A DNA stretch of 63,493 nt, counting the filler, from Octopus bimaculoides (lineage: Eukaryota): the NCBI RefSeq assembly GCF_001194135.2. It is 8 parts of 6 records of this genome, joined end to end, with 100 filler letters (N's around TTAATTAATTAA, not from the genome) between each part and the next. Parts side by side here need not be neighbours in the genome. Positions count along the whole stretch, not along the records: positions 1 to 31,596 come from NC_068983.1; positions 31,697 to 41,640 come from NC_068983.1; 6 more parts are not named here. One strand, written 5' to 3'. Position 1 is the stretch's first letter. Every line of letters begins with the position of its first letter. Shown here piece by piece: positions 25,451 to 38,610 of the stretch. The notes under the pieces are model-generated. The model saw only the letters and a list, made by a program, of their open reading frames with translations. It searched no databases and was not told where the DNA came from. Both the position numbers and the translations under genes were made by a program.

Positions 25451-25591
25451 CTTTTGTGCCACTGGCATTTTCCAGATATTTTCTAAATAGTCACTCTCAA
25501 TATCTATCACAGGTAATCCAAGTTTTATCCCAAGAATTCTACCAACTGTTGTTTTTCCACAGCCAGGACTTCCAAGTAATATAATATTTTT
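25451..25591 (-). CDS. THNSL1: THNSL1-like exon: P-loop of the shikimate-kinase-like domain
   Basis: KNIILLGSPGCGKTTVGRILGIKLGLPVIDIESDYLENIWKMPVAQK; acceptor ttttcag, donor GTAATG; 141 nt, phase 0 to 0. Not in the ORF track. Confidence 0.92.
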
Positions 25592-26741
25592 CTGAAAATA
25601 GTTAAAATATATAGAGAAATAAGTATATATACATTACACTGGGATATATTCAATCTGTAAATCTGAAACAAAGGAAGATTAAGAAACATCATATCATACA
25701 ATTAATTCACTTCTTTTTTTCTATCTCCCCTCAGTTTTTATTTATTTATTTTCCTCCATTTTTTCCTTCTTTCTATTCAGAAATCACATACTGCTCATGT
25801 ACATGTTATTTTAATAACTATATTTTTTCTACCACCCAATCTGCTCTCAAACACCCACCCACACGAACACGTGGATTTCCAATTAAGAGGATTGCATGTT
25901 GTTTTATTTTTAATTATATTCGCAATGTAGCATGCAAACATTTTCAATTATGAAAGCTGAGCTAAACAAATGGTTATATTTGTATTGATTGCAGTACCTA
26001 CAATGTGACTTGTAAAATATTGACTTCAAAGAACAAAACATTTATATGAACAAGATGATATCCTAACCTCATAAACAATTGGAAGCTAGAATATTCCCTT
26101 TGTCATCATCTGACTTAGGCTAAAGAGATTTTTCTATAGAAAGCCTCTATATCACAGTCTTACATTCACAACAATCCAGGTCATTGATAACATCCATAAA
26201 TAAATAAATACATGTCAATGAGACTTGTTTGTACTGATTATCAAAATTGAATGTTGTAAACTTAAATGTAAACATTACAGTACTATATGAAATATAAGGT
26301 GATGAACAGGCAGAAATATTAATATGCTACACAAAATGTTTAGCAGCATTTCTTCTGGTTTTTATGTTCTGAGTTCAAATTCCATAGAGGTTGACTTTGC
26401 TTTTCATCCCTTTCAGGTTTGATAAAATAAGAACAGTGGAGTCAATGTGATCAATTGCACCCCATCCTCCTCAAAATTTCAGGCCTTATGTCATCAACAT
26501 CATCATCATTTAACGTCCATTTTCCATACTGGCATGGGTTGGCCGGTTTGACAGGAGCTGGGCACCTGGAGAGCTGCCTGGGCTCCGTGTCTGTTTTGGC
26601 ATGGTTTCTATGTCTGGATACCCTTCCTAACACCAACCACTTTAGAGAGTGTACTGGGTGCATTTACACAGCACCAGCACAGGTGCTTTTATGTGGCACT
26701 GGCACCCACAAGCCCACAAGACGAGAGGAACATTCACCTGA

Positions 26742-26827
26742 AGAGGGATGAAGGGGATATGCCTGTATGCAAGAGGGATGAAGGGGATATGCCTGTATGC
26801 AAGAGGGATGAAGGGGATATGCCTGTA
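26742..26827 (+). repeat. 30-nt tandem repeat x ~2.8 (AAGAGGGATGAAGGGGATATGCCTGTATGC)
   Basis: Exact repeats inside an RTE fragment. Confidence 0.9.
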
Positions 26828-28339
26828 TTTACTTAGTTTCACATGTCTTCTCAAGCACAGCAAACCACCAGGAGTTTCGATCCCCTGTCACCCCCTCTGT
26901 GAGGCCCAACACCTGAAGATCCTTTCTCACCACTTTGTCCCATCCCTTCCATACATTGCCTCCACAATTAGAGCTCAGCACCTTTTGATGCAATTGTCTT
27001 TATTCATATGCATTACATGATTGTACCAGCACAGTCTCTCAAATCACTTACACTCTGTTGAATATGCAAACTGACATTACCCATCCAACAGAGCATACTG
27101 GCTTCATTTCTTTCAAGCCTTCACATGTCTTCACAGTAGCCCATGTTTCACTGCCATGTAGCATAGCTGATCATACACAGGCATCATTCAATTTGCCTTT
27201 CACTCTGAGGAAGAGGCCTTTGTTACTAACAGAAGTAGTAGCTTTCTGAACTTTGTTCAGCCTATTCTTATTCTAGTGATGAAATATTCCTAACATATAA
27301 CAACTGGAAAGTGGATGTTGTAAGCAAAAAGGGATAAATTTATTCAATTTAAATGTAACAAAATATAGATAAAAGATTTCTGCATAACTCAAATAAAATA
27401 ATGTTGTCTTGATGTAAAATAATTACTGCAAACAGTATACATACAATCATTTAAATTTGGAAATGTAACATACACTATTATCATTATTTTTTTTTTTTTT
27501 TTTGCTTAAGCTCTAAATTTATGAAGCAATATACAGGAACAGCTGAGTCAGTCAAATCACAGAAAGAAAAAACATGTAAATCAATAAATGATTCATTTCA
27601 TGGATTTTTGCTGTTTATTTTATCTAAAACATTGAATAAAACATATTGCTTTTTGTTTCAAATATGTGCAATGTCATTCTAGCAAATACCGCTTGTTATT
27701 GTATTTGTGGTACCCTGAATACAGTAACTCAAATATAGATGCACAGATTGGCAGTCTGCATTTGCCAACAACTAACAACAGAGAAGCTGGCATCAATAGA
27801 CACGCATGTGTCATAGCCTTCCAGGACAATCAACAAATGTACTAGATATTCAACGGTCCAGATGCACTGACAACACCAGATGTGCCTACCTCATTGCTTT
27901 TCTGATCAATTAGCTAGTGCATTTACTTCATCAACAAATGTGCTTATGTTATCACTTTTCTAACCAATCAGTGACTCAGACTGATGCATATTACTGGTGC
28001 TATATCAATGATTGTCACTGTTAAAAAGTATTGCAGAGGAGTTTATAAGTAGAACTGTTGGTATTGGTTGTTGGGCATGTTGCCCAAAGTGGTAGAGAGA
28101 TGCAGTACGAAGTTCCAGTATAGCAGCTGACAGCAAAGACAACCAATAGTCATTACAGTGTGGTCACAGCTGACATAGCAGTGATGGACAGTAATCATCA
28201 TGACCATGATCATCATTGTTTAATGTCTCTGTTTCATGCTGGCATAGGTTGGATGGCTTAACAGGGGCCATTTTATATTTCTTATTTCATGCATGTGTAT
28301 TGTTTGTTTTTGATTTTGTTGATTACATAGTATAGTAGG

Positions 28340-29110
28340 GTCAGTTGGGCACCATCTGTGAGATAAACAGCACCATGATGCAATTCACTCAGCCAGAAAT
28401 TTGGAAACGACATGCTGTACTGCTTGGCATTCACGCCGGAAGCTCCAATATAAACATTTCAGAGTGTTTGGGTGTCAATCTGAGGACAGGTACTGAGAGT
28501 GATAAAAATCAAACATCCACCCAACATCATGGTGTTTGGAGTGGTCACTAGTGATGACGACATTATGCCTCCATTCATCTTCCCACACAGCCGCAGACTC
28601 AACACTGAGGCCTACATCAAGTACCAGGAGGAGGTAGTGCTGCCTTGGGTCAAGAGGATGGCTGGTGGAAGACCCTATGTCTGGCAACAAAACTCTGCAC
28701 CATGCCCCACAAGCAGGAGAACCCAGTCATGGCTGTCAGACAATTTCTGCAACCACATTATCCCTAACACCTGCCCACCTAACTCCCCAGACACAACCCT
28801 CTTGATTATTATGTGTGGGGTGCAGTTGAGCAAAAGACCAACTTCTTGTAACACCAAAGATGAACTGAAGGCAAGGATTATGGCAGTATTCACCAACTTA
28901 AACAAGGAGACCATCTAGAAGAGTTGCAGGAGATTCTGAAGTCATCTGGAGGCCATAGTTGAAGCCACTGGCAATTTTATTGAATAAATTTACTCTTTAG
29001 TATTTCAAGATATTTTTATGTAATTTTGGTAAATATATCTGTTAAAATGAGATGTCAGTGTTATTTTCATTTTTGCGTAATTTAGACGACAGTTTATTCA
29101 CCATACCCTG
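28340..29110 (+). mobile_element. Tc1/mariner relic, maT (DD37D)-type transposase
   Basis: KHPPNIMVFGVV..YVWQQNSAP..PPNSPD-(1-nt frameshift)-NPLDYYVWGAVE. The restored spacing between the second and third catalytic positions is 37; the second D has decayed to N. Confidence 0.8.
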
Positions 29111-29381
29111 TATATATACATATCATCATTCTTTTAACAACTAATTTTCCATGCTTCTATGGGTCAGAAGGAATTAGCTGAGGTAAATTTTCTATGGTTG
29201 GATGCCTTTCGTGTCACCAACATCACCTGATTCCAAACAAAATAATATTTCTCCATGGCAGAACAGGTTTTCACAGAAGATTTGAAGTGAAGGATACTAC
29301 TTGTGTGATGGCAATGCTCATTTACAACTGGTGTGCAATGTCAAGACAAAGGAACACAACCAACCAAGCAAACATGTGCAT

Positions 29382-29419
<38 letters not shown>

Positions 29420-29785
29420 ATTGATTTCAGCTTTCATCCACCAAATTGACTCAAAAGGCTTTGGTTGGCTCTGGGCTATAATAGGGGATATTTGATGAGG
29501 GTGCCACATAGCAGGGTTGAACTTGAAACTCCAAAGTTGGGAAACAGACTTCTTAACCACACAGCCATGCCATACACATGCACACACACACACACACACA
29601 GATGTGTGTGGGTGTGTGGTTAAAAGCTCACTTTGCAACCATGCAGTTTCAGGTTCAGGCCCACTGAATAAAAACATGGACAAATGTCTTCTACTATAGC
29701 TCCAGGCTGACCAATACTTGTAAAGTGAATTTGGTAGACAGAAACTGTGTGGAAGCTCATTGCAAATATATATATATATACGTGG

Positions 29786-29827
<42 letters not shown>

Positions 29828-30394
29828 ACGCGTGCGCGCAACACCTTTAAACAAGTTTGCAAATAAAAGTTTTTTTCAGAAATGATTTTAATACCTTCTA
29901 ATAATATGTAATTTGGCAAGATGAGTTATTTAAATCAAGGTATAAAAATATGTAGGATTTACATATGTAATATAGTGGGTAGCAAAAACTGTTTTGATCA
30001 ACTGAAATTATCCAATTAATTAGCAGACAAAATGTCCCTCTAAAGGTACTTAAAATTTAAAAATAACAAATGAAGATAATTCCTATAAAATTAGGTGGAT
30101 CAAAACTTCTCATCTACACAAACAGTGAAAACTGAAGTAAACCTGGCCTTTATAGCCATCTAGTGAAAGCAATGTACAGGTTTTGGTTTCATTATAGTTC
30201 CTTAGGGAAGTATATTCTACTCAGATGGCATGATTAAGAGTGATTACTTCCCAGTCATTCACTCCTATAGCATGGCACCTTGGGCAAGTGTATTCTAGTT
30301 AGCACTAAATTGACCAAAGCCTTGTGAATCAATTTGATAGGCAGAAATTGAAAGAAGGCTATTGTGTGTGTGTGTGTGAGCTTATATATATATA

Positions 30395-31170
30395 AGTGGT
30401 ATCAAAATGTTACTGGAATAATTCTATAGTGCACCAACAGATGGCAGCCCACAGTTGCATGTGCAGCGAGAGCTGGCAGTGTGCCCAATGACATTGCTGT
30501 GTTTATTTCACAAGTTGTGAAATTTGTGCTTTTATGATCATGTTTATGTTGTAGTTTGCAATTTTGTCATGGACAGGAACAAAGATCCAACATGAAATTT
30601 TGTGTTAAACTTGACAGGTCTGCTACAGAGCTTTTGGTAACAAAGGTAACGGGTAATATGCAATCCTTTGAGTGGTACAGTACAGGTGCATCAAAAGTGG
30701 AAAAACATCCCTGGAATATGATGAGTGATCTGGAAGACCTGCCATGAGTGTCACCCTCAGAAATGTATTGTGCATCGAGAATTCATTCCCCAGGGCCAGA
30801 CCATCAACCAGGAGTTCTACTGTGACATTTTGAAGTGTTTGAGGCAGACCAGATCTGTGAAGCATGAAGAATTGGATTCTTCATAACAACAATGTACTCT
30901 GCCACTGAGCTCTCCTCACTTGTGAGTTTCTTGCCAAAAACAACATGGTATCACTTCCGCATCCATCCTATTCACCCAATTTAGCACCTGCAGACTTCCA
31001 TCTCTTCCCCAAGATGAAAAGGCAGCTCAAAGGTTGCTATTTTAAAACCGTTGTTGAGATCCAGAATGAATAGCAGAAGGTCCTTGACCTGCTTACGGAA
31101 AATGACTTCCAGGCCAGATTCCAAACGTGGCAGGAATGCTGAGACTGGTGTATTGCTGCACATGATGACT
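30395..31170 (+). mobile_element. Internally deleted mariner relic, interrupted at its 3' end by an RTE insertion
   Basis: TIR-like GTGGTATCAAAA; EQRSNMKFCVKL; HPSYSPNLAPADFHLFPKMK. Same family as 61824-62724. Confidence 0.8.
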
Positions 31171-31171
31171 A

Positions 31172-31596
31172 TTTCAAAGGAGACGCTTTAGATACAAATA
31201 ATTACAGAGGCATCAAGCTGTTAGATCAGGTTATGAAAGTTACAGAGAGGGTCATAGCCCAACTAATTAGGGAGCGAATCAATTTAGATGAGATGCAGTT
31301 TGGGTTCGTGCCAGGTAAAAGCACTACTGATGCCTTATTTCTAGTGAGACAGTTGCAGGAGAAATACCTAGCTAAGGATAAACCTCTGTACCTGGTTTTC
31401 GTTGACATGGAGAAAGCCTTTGACAGGGTCCCCCGATCCCTTATCTGGTGGTCAATGAGGAAACTTGGGATAGAAGAATGGTTAGTGAGAGCTGTGCGAG
31501 CCATGTACAGAGATGCTGCCAGTAAGGTGAGGGTTGGAAATGAGTACAGCAATGAATTCCGGGTAGAGGTAGGGGTCCACCAAGGTTCCGTCCTCA
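31172..31596 (+). mobile_element. Young RTE-clade LINE RT fragment, cut by a gap
   Basis: Uninterrupted MQFGFVPGKSTTDALFLVRQLQEKY..FVDMEKAFDRVPR..VGVHQGSVL. Confidence 0.9.
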
Positions 31597-32344
31597 NNNN
31601 NNNNNNNNNNNNNNNNNNNNNNNNNNNNNNNNNNNNNNNNTTAATTAATTAANNNNNNNNNNNNNNNNNNNNNNNNNNNNNNNNNNNNNNNNNNNNTCTC
31701 TCTCTCTCTCTAAAATTTCACGCATAGTAAGGGAAGAAAATCTTTAGCATCGATGATTCATATTAGACAAAAAGCTAAGGGAGACAACTCCAAAATCAAA
31801 AATTGAATTGAGCTAACATGCAATGAGAAACGACAGAATCTTAGGCAAGTGACACTCTGGACATATTTCGATCTTAGACCTCCTCAGCGAAACATAGTCA
31901 AAGCAATAACTGCTAGACCTCTAGATAACAGAGGTATGAAAAGTTTGAATGAATGGTCTGGATTGTCTCCAGTAAACTTTCTCGAAAATGTTTATTTAGA
32001 CAAAGCATTTTTCTTTTCTGGGCTTTACACTATCAACAATAAGGTTACTGTGAATTCCTCTTGATGACAACTGTGAAGAGTACAGTGGCAATCAGGAGAA
32101 AGTGGTTGACAACCGCGAAAGCTTCTGCACCAGGAACGTGCTGCGAGTGACTGTGACTGGTCCCTGTCACTGGAAACCCTCGACCTGTGTAAGAGGAAAA
32201 TAGTGGTGAATACAAATAGTTACTGTGTATAGCATCTCGATGCAGTATTGGCCTTCCAGATAAAGATGTTCTGAATTTAAATGACTAAAACATTGTTGAT
32301 GTCTGGTGTACTACTTGATGATACTCTGTTATTAGCAGCAAGTG

Positions 32345-32737
32345 TGGAGGCGCAATGGCCCAGTGGTTAGGGCAGCGGACTTGCGGTCATAGGATCGCGG
32401 TTTCGATTCCCAGACCGGGCGTTGTGAGTGTTTATTGAGCGAAAACACCTAAAGCTCCATGAGGTTCAGGCAGGGGATGGTGGCGAACTCTGATGTACTC
32501 ATTCACCACAACTTTCTCTCTCTCTTACTTCCTGTTTCTGTGACAAGGCTGACCCTAATTCAAAGGGTCAGCCTTGTCACACTATGTCAGGCTGAATATC
32601 CCCGAGAACTACGTTAAGGGTACACGTGTCTGTGGAGCTGGCTCAGCCACTTGCACGTTGATTTCACGAGCAGGCTGTTCCGTTGATCGGATCAACTGGA
32701 ACCCTCGACGTCGTAAGCGACGGAGTGCCAACAACAG
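32345..32737 (+). mobile_element. Full-length SINE with 13-bp TSD TTAGCAGCAAGTG
   Basis: TSD at 32332-32344 and 32738-32750; A/B boxes intact. Confidence 0.9.
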
Positions 32738-34513
32738 TTAGCAGCAAGTGGATTCGTTGTTGATCCTGTATTAGTCCCTATCACCAAGTTAAAAGCCAAT
32801 ATATGAATGGTAACGAACCAATGAACATTTACTTGTAAATAACAACGAACCANNNNNNNNNNACCCCACCCACCCACATTATCTTTAAACAATTCAATGG
32901 ATACATTCGATGGTGTAGCTACTGATGTAATGAGATGAACAGGTCATAGCTTGGAGTGTCTTTCAGCGTAAGTCTACTTAATCACGTCAGATCTAGGGCT
33001 AAAGTACAAACCTCAGTGGAATCAACGTAAGAGCTTGTAAGTGGTCTCTCAATTTGCTAGCAATATCAGCCACATCTCCTGTTTTATATATATAAGAACA
33101 GGAGACATTTTATACTTTAATCTTATTTTCCCATAAAAAGACTTGACTGCCTTTGATATCAGGTCTATTTGTTTAGGGTTGACTAACTGGGACTTGGCAA
33201 CAATCTTCACTATTTAACTTAATCAGCGAAATGAATCTCTCTTTTCCCTATTTATTTATTTATTTATATATTTATTTCCTTCTCTCTTTCAACTGGGTCT
33301 TTTAATCTGAAATTCGATCGCCTAATTCAAAATTAGCCTTCCTATAAATAGTTCTTGAGGAATCTGGAGGTCGTAAGATTAATCCAACCCAAGCTGAGAA
33401 CCAGTAGGAAATGGAAGGTTTAGTAGGCAGTGAATGCTTTAACAAAAAAACCTCAAGCTCAGGAAAATAGTTGGACATACTCAGACCAACAGGCAGACTA
33501 AACTCAATAAAATGTGGTGGGGAGTGGCCTAGGCAAAAAGGAAGTCAAAGAGGGACCTGGTAATTCAGGACACGAGGGGAGACAAGGATGCCAAGAAAAT
33601 CCAGAGAGCAGTCCAACAGAGGCAATATTGTAGCCTAGCATGATTGTATCAATAGGATCGTGAAAATAGGGTATACTGGATGGAGTGCACAACAGACCTT
33701 CTAGAATGGAAGACATCATCAACAAGAGTGGTATGAACGTGGACACTGTACTTACTTTCATCAAAACAAATGATTCTGATTGATCCTTACAAAAGCAGAA
33801 TGGAGAAAGCCCACACCCGCAGGACCGGAATGTATGACGGTTTAGCCCCCAGACTGAGAAAAATCTGGCTTCCAAACAAAAGTCCTCACCATAGAGGTGG
33901 TGCGAGAAGTTTTGTGGACAAATCTAACTATGATCTCATAAAACGACTCTCAATTTCTGGGTGGAAAGAGAATCAGGGGTTCAAAGGTAATGGCAGATGC
34001 AGCTAAGAAGATCTAGATCTGGCCAAAAGAAGAATGGAAGTGAATTACAAAAACATAATTCATCCCACAGTTAATTCGCATGAACTTCTTAAAACACCCA
34101 AAGTACTTTGGCTCTGAAGCACCTTAACCATTCAGGAGGGTTGCAATGTAGGCAGTAACACAGAATGTTACAGCAGAGTAGGTATCCAAGAGTTATGACC
34201 TGGATGTGGTCCGGCCCCCTTAGAATGTAAGAGCTAAAGGGCTGAAATACTTGCACGAAACGGAGAGGTTCTTCTCTGAAGACCTTCTGCTATTCAGCCC
34301 TCCATAGAGTTACATATTATCTGGTCTCATTCCCTCTTTCTATTTATGCACTAAACTAAACGTGTTGTCACTTCGGCATTCTTTTCGTTTATGATCACTA
34401 TTTGAAAGTGATCAGCATTGATATTTCGAAAGCAAAAGAAATTAAAATTTTGAATCAGAATCGTAATCTCCGTACTTTCAAATGTGGAATCCCTACCTAT
34501 AACTAAAAATAAC

Positions 34514-34528
34514 AGAGAGAGAGAGAGG

Positions 34529-34607
<79 letters not shown>
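34514..34607. repeat. (GA)n microsatellite upstream of EXOSC7
   Basis: Direct inspection. Confidence 0.95.
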
Positions 34608-34609
<2 letters not shown>

Positions 34610-35092
34610 GAAAATAAGAAATTGGAGAGAGGGAAGTAAATATAAGATTTGAATAGAATCTGGGGTACAATCGTATCTGCTGTTGAAAGCATAGAAATTC
34701 GAAGAAAGGAAAAGTGCCACGACCGCTTGGACATTGGCCGAATAGTGTCAAAATTTCCACAGTCAGTTTGTGATCATAAACCGAAAGAATTCCCTATAAT
34801 TCGCCACATGTCTCTAATAACTTTCAGAGAAGCAGTAACTAATTTGACCATTGGGTCAATGCAGTTCTAGAATTTATACAAATTGTAACATAAATAATTT
34901 CAAGTATGATGTAGAATATTTCAATAATATTAAATTAGATAACATAGATTGTGGTTTTCATTAAATTGACTTAACAGAAATATCGTCCTTTTGAATGAGA
35001 AACTAATACATAACTACGATAAGATAAATTAGATTAGCTTTAGTTGCCTAATGGAGCTCTTTAGATATTAGAAAGTACCAAAGTTAATAAAA

Positions 35093-35149
35093 ATGGCGGA
35101 TGTGTTGTTGAGTGACGCTGAAAAAACATTTATTCTTCATGGAATTCAG
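35093..35149 (+). CDS. EXOSC7: Exosome complex component RRP42, coding exon 1: MADVLLSDAEKTFILHGIQ
   Basis: Matches recalled human MASVTLSEAEKVYIVHGVQ; start context AAAATGG; donor CAG|GTAACT. Confidence 0.92.
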
Positions 35150-37058
35150 GTAACTTTTTCCACATAAAACTTCTGTTTAAAAAAAAGAAAAAAAATGCTA
35201 TCGTCTATAAGATATACTTATTTTAGTATTCTATCGCGTCTTTAATTCAAATAGTTTTCTCACATTTCATGTTCATGTGTTCATTGTGTTTTCAAAACAT
35301 CACTGCATGTGTTTACATGTGCTGTTCTCATATAATCGTAATTTAGTTGTACATATCATTTTCGTTATCATTATTGTACATAATACTTATTGCATAGCAT
35401 ACTTTATGCTTTGTTTAGAAGAAAATATCAAGCAACTAATAATACAACAAATATTATCAATTTATGTACATCTATGTTAAGTTTATAATATTTTAGATTA
35501 AATCAAGGTAAATAATCAATACTTTTTTCTATCTTAAATCTTAAGATTTCGAACTTCAACAATTATTTTCATTTGGTATATATTTATTCTTATGTAATTA
35601 TCGTTCAACTACCGTGTATATTAGTATCTAATACTTCTCTCTCTACTTAAATTTCCCGCCTTTTGGTTTGGGAGAAAATAGGGGAAACGCTTGTAGAATT
35701 TCCTGATACAATGGCAAACTCGTTATATTCCAATGTACATTAGCAGAATAAATAAAGAAAAAATATCTTCAACTAGGAATCAAAATGCATCGCAGACTTT
35801 GCTCACGTTGAGCCTCGCCCCTTTTGCTATCACAATTCTGAATATCTGTTCTATATTTATGGCTCTGTTTTCTTCAAGATCCAGTAGTACAATCTTTTAG
35901 TAATTTCCTAGTGTAAACACGATATCATGATCATAAAGAACCATTGATTTATCTTTGAAGCTTTGCTTCCTGCGAAATGTCTATAACATTTCTGTTATGT
36001 GACATTAAAACTCGAAGACACAGCTACAAAAATTTCAAACCCCCAAATCGTTGATCGAACCTAATTAATGCTGAATTAGTTGCAAGGTTTAAACATGATT
36101 TGAACAAAAAGTTGCTTTTGATCCCAAAGAAAAAGTGGAGTGTAGTACATCGTATTTCTTGGTTTTGTCATAACAATCTGATTTCAAATTTTATCGGAAG
36201 TGTAATTAATTAAAACTATTTTCACTTGTGATTTGAAGAAGTTCCATTATAGACAGCGAAACATGTTTGACCGTTCATAATGTGAGTTTGTTTTTCACAA
36301 ACTTGTACATGTGGTAAATTACTTGAGTTTTTTCACGATGTTTTTCCTACTCTGCTGTTATATATGTGACCTCCAATTTCAGCCTTGCACTTTGGAGCAA
36401 GTATGTCTATTGCTTTAGAGTATTGTGCAGTTTCGGTGCTATTTAGGCGCGTGATCTACAAGAAAGGTTACTTTTCGAATTATTTTGTACATACTTAACA
36501 TTGTAAATGTATTTTTTCAAAATTCTTACTATTGTAATAATAAGAAAACCATATAAGGATTAAAATAAGCGCATAGATCACCCACCAAAGTAAATTTGCT
36601 CACATAGATCACATGGTAAGTAGCACTTACACAAAGTAAATTAAAAAGTAACCTAAAATAATCTCACACCAAAGTGGCACCTTTCTTAAGAAATGATGTA
36701 AATTTAGTGCTGGTTTCTTGTAAAAATGCAACTGCCTTCATCTCATCACTGATAACATTGTAAAAATCTTTAGCCAACATCGTATGGATTTTTAGAAATT
36801 GTGAAGTAAAAAGTAACTTAAGGTAATCTCCCTTGTAGATTACATGCCAAAGTAGCTCTACTGTTAGCAAGTCTTGAAATTATGACCAGACATGGTTGCA
36901 TGATTAAAAGTTTATTTTACTACCACATAGTTTTAACTTCAGTTTCAATGAACTGCACCTTGAGGAAGTGTTCTCTATTGCTTCAAGCCAACCAATGCCT
37001 TGTGAGTGGACCTTGAAGACAGAATCTGTATTAAACCCATTGATATATATGTGTGTAT

Positions 37059-37092
<34 letters not shown>

Positions 37093-37103
37093 TTTATGTA
37101 CAT

Positions 37104-37454
37104 GAGGGTGCGCTGAAAAGTTCCTGGCTTTAAGAGTATTGCAAAAGGCCTACTTAGAGGCCCAACCTTCCAAGTTCTTAGAAAAAGTGAAGAACTGCTG
37201 CAATAAGTGTATGAATCTGAGAGTGGGATATATTGAATAAAATCATAATTAACTGATTCTCTTGGCTTTGGGTAAAAGAAAATACAGGAGGATCAGTTAA
37301 TTATGAATTTATTCAACATATTCCCCCCTCAGATTCACACACGTATTGCAACAATCCTTCGGTTTTTCTAAGCCCTGTAAAAGAACTCAGAAAGTTGGGC
37401 CTTGAAGCAGTCCTTTCACAATATTTAAAGCCAGAAACTTTTCAGTACTCCTAC
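37104..37454. mobile_element. Mariner-type MITE
   Basis: Imperfect TIRs GAGGGTGCGCTGAAAAGTTCCTGGCTTTA / TAAAGCCAGAAACTTTTCAGTACTCC. Confidence 0.65.
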
Positions 37455-37466
37455 AGACACACACGT

Positions 37467-37505
<39 letters not shown>

Positions 37506-38044
37506 ATGTGTGTGTGTGCACATGTGTATGTGCATGAATATTCGTATTTTGCTTGTCACCATTTGTGTGAAGCAATACAGATGCTGACATTTTTTATTAG
37601 CATTAAAACTGGTTGCTCTGCAATTTTGAAGACCTGCGGAATATACAAATCTTTTACCTGAAAGGGGTTGGTGACAGCATCTGATCATATAATCTCAAAA
37701 TCTGTTCCTCTAAAAAAAACAAAAATAATCTTCCACACTGATATGAGAAAATCTACAGTAAATGCTTGCATGTCACTTCAAGTCATTTCTCTTTCTGTTC
37801 TTCATTTAAACTGCAAACTCATGACAGTATTTAATGATATATCTTGTATGGTAACCCTTGAAATACATATTTTGTGAAGTAGTGTTTCTCATGATGCAAG
37901 GCTACAACTGTCTCTATTGCTTGGATAACCTGTACCTATTACCTACAGCCTAATAGTGTTAGCAATCAAAGTTTTATTGCAAGTTGGTCTCTTATACTTG
38001 CAACTGATAATATGCAATATTATAGAACTTTTCTTTTTTCTTAG

Positions 38045-38146
38045 GATAATCTTCGAGAAGATGGCCGTGGGTGTGATGATTACAGATATATGGAAATTGA
38101 AACAGATGTTGTCTCAAATACCAGTGGTTCTGCCCGTTTACGCTTA
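38045..38146 (+). CDS. EXOSC7: RRP42 exon 2: DNLREDGRGCDDYRYMEIETDVVSNTSGSARLRL
   Basis: RNase PH-domain R.DGR...YR and GSAR motifs; ttag| and |GTAAGT; phase 0 to 0. Confidence 0.95.
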
Positions 38147-38278
38147 GTAAGTTATCACCTGTTCTGTTTTTTTTTATAGTAATAAATAAAAATCACCTGA
38201 AGGTTTTTTTAATATAACAGATATTTCTGTAACAATGATCTCAAGCCCATAACATTAGCTGATTTCAATGCTGTAGAT

Positions 38279-38610
38279 CAGTGGTTCTCAACCAGAGTCT
38301 GTATGGCGCCTGAGGGTCCATATAAGATTTTTGGGAGTCTACACAACAAAATAGTAAACTGGAAATCCTATGGCATTTTAAGGGCCCTGAAAAAATTTTA
38401 CTTTAGATGTATGTAGTGGTATGTATTTAAAGAAGCAGTTAGGTTTCTTTCTCTAACATTTTACACAGTTCAACTTACACAAAACAAAATAGGAAGTTTG
38501 AAAGAAATTTCAATAAAGCTAGTTTTTAAACATCAAATGGTTATGGGGGTCCACCAGAATAAAATTGTAATCAAAGGGGTCCATAGATAAAAATTGGTTG
38601 AGAACCCCTG
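38279..38610. mobile_element. hAT (Charlie-like) MITE
   Basis: TIRs CAGTGGTTCTCAACC / GGTTGAGAACCCCTG. Confidence 0.8.

Noticed and set aside
27880-28015. Minus-strand segment with good acceptor and donor as the missing THNSL1 exon
   Set aside because: Stops in all three frames; could at most be a non-coding exon.
31641-31652. TTAATTAATTAA flanked by N runs, recurring at ~41685, 48437, 53345, 55605, 58964 and 60560
   Set aside because: An identical motif centred in equal N padding is an assembly or scaffolding linker, not a biological repeat or spacer array.
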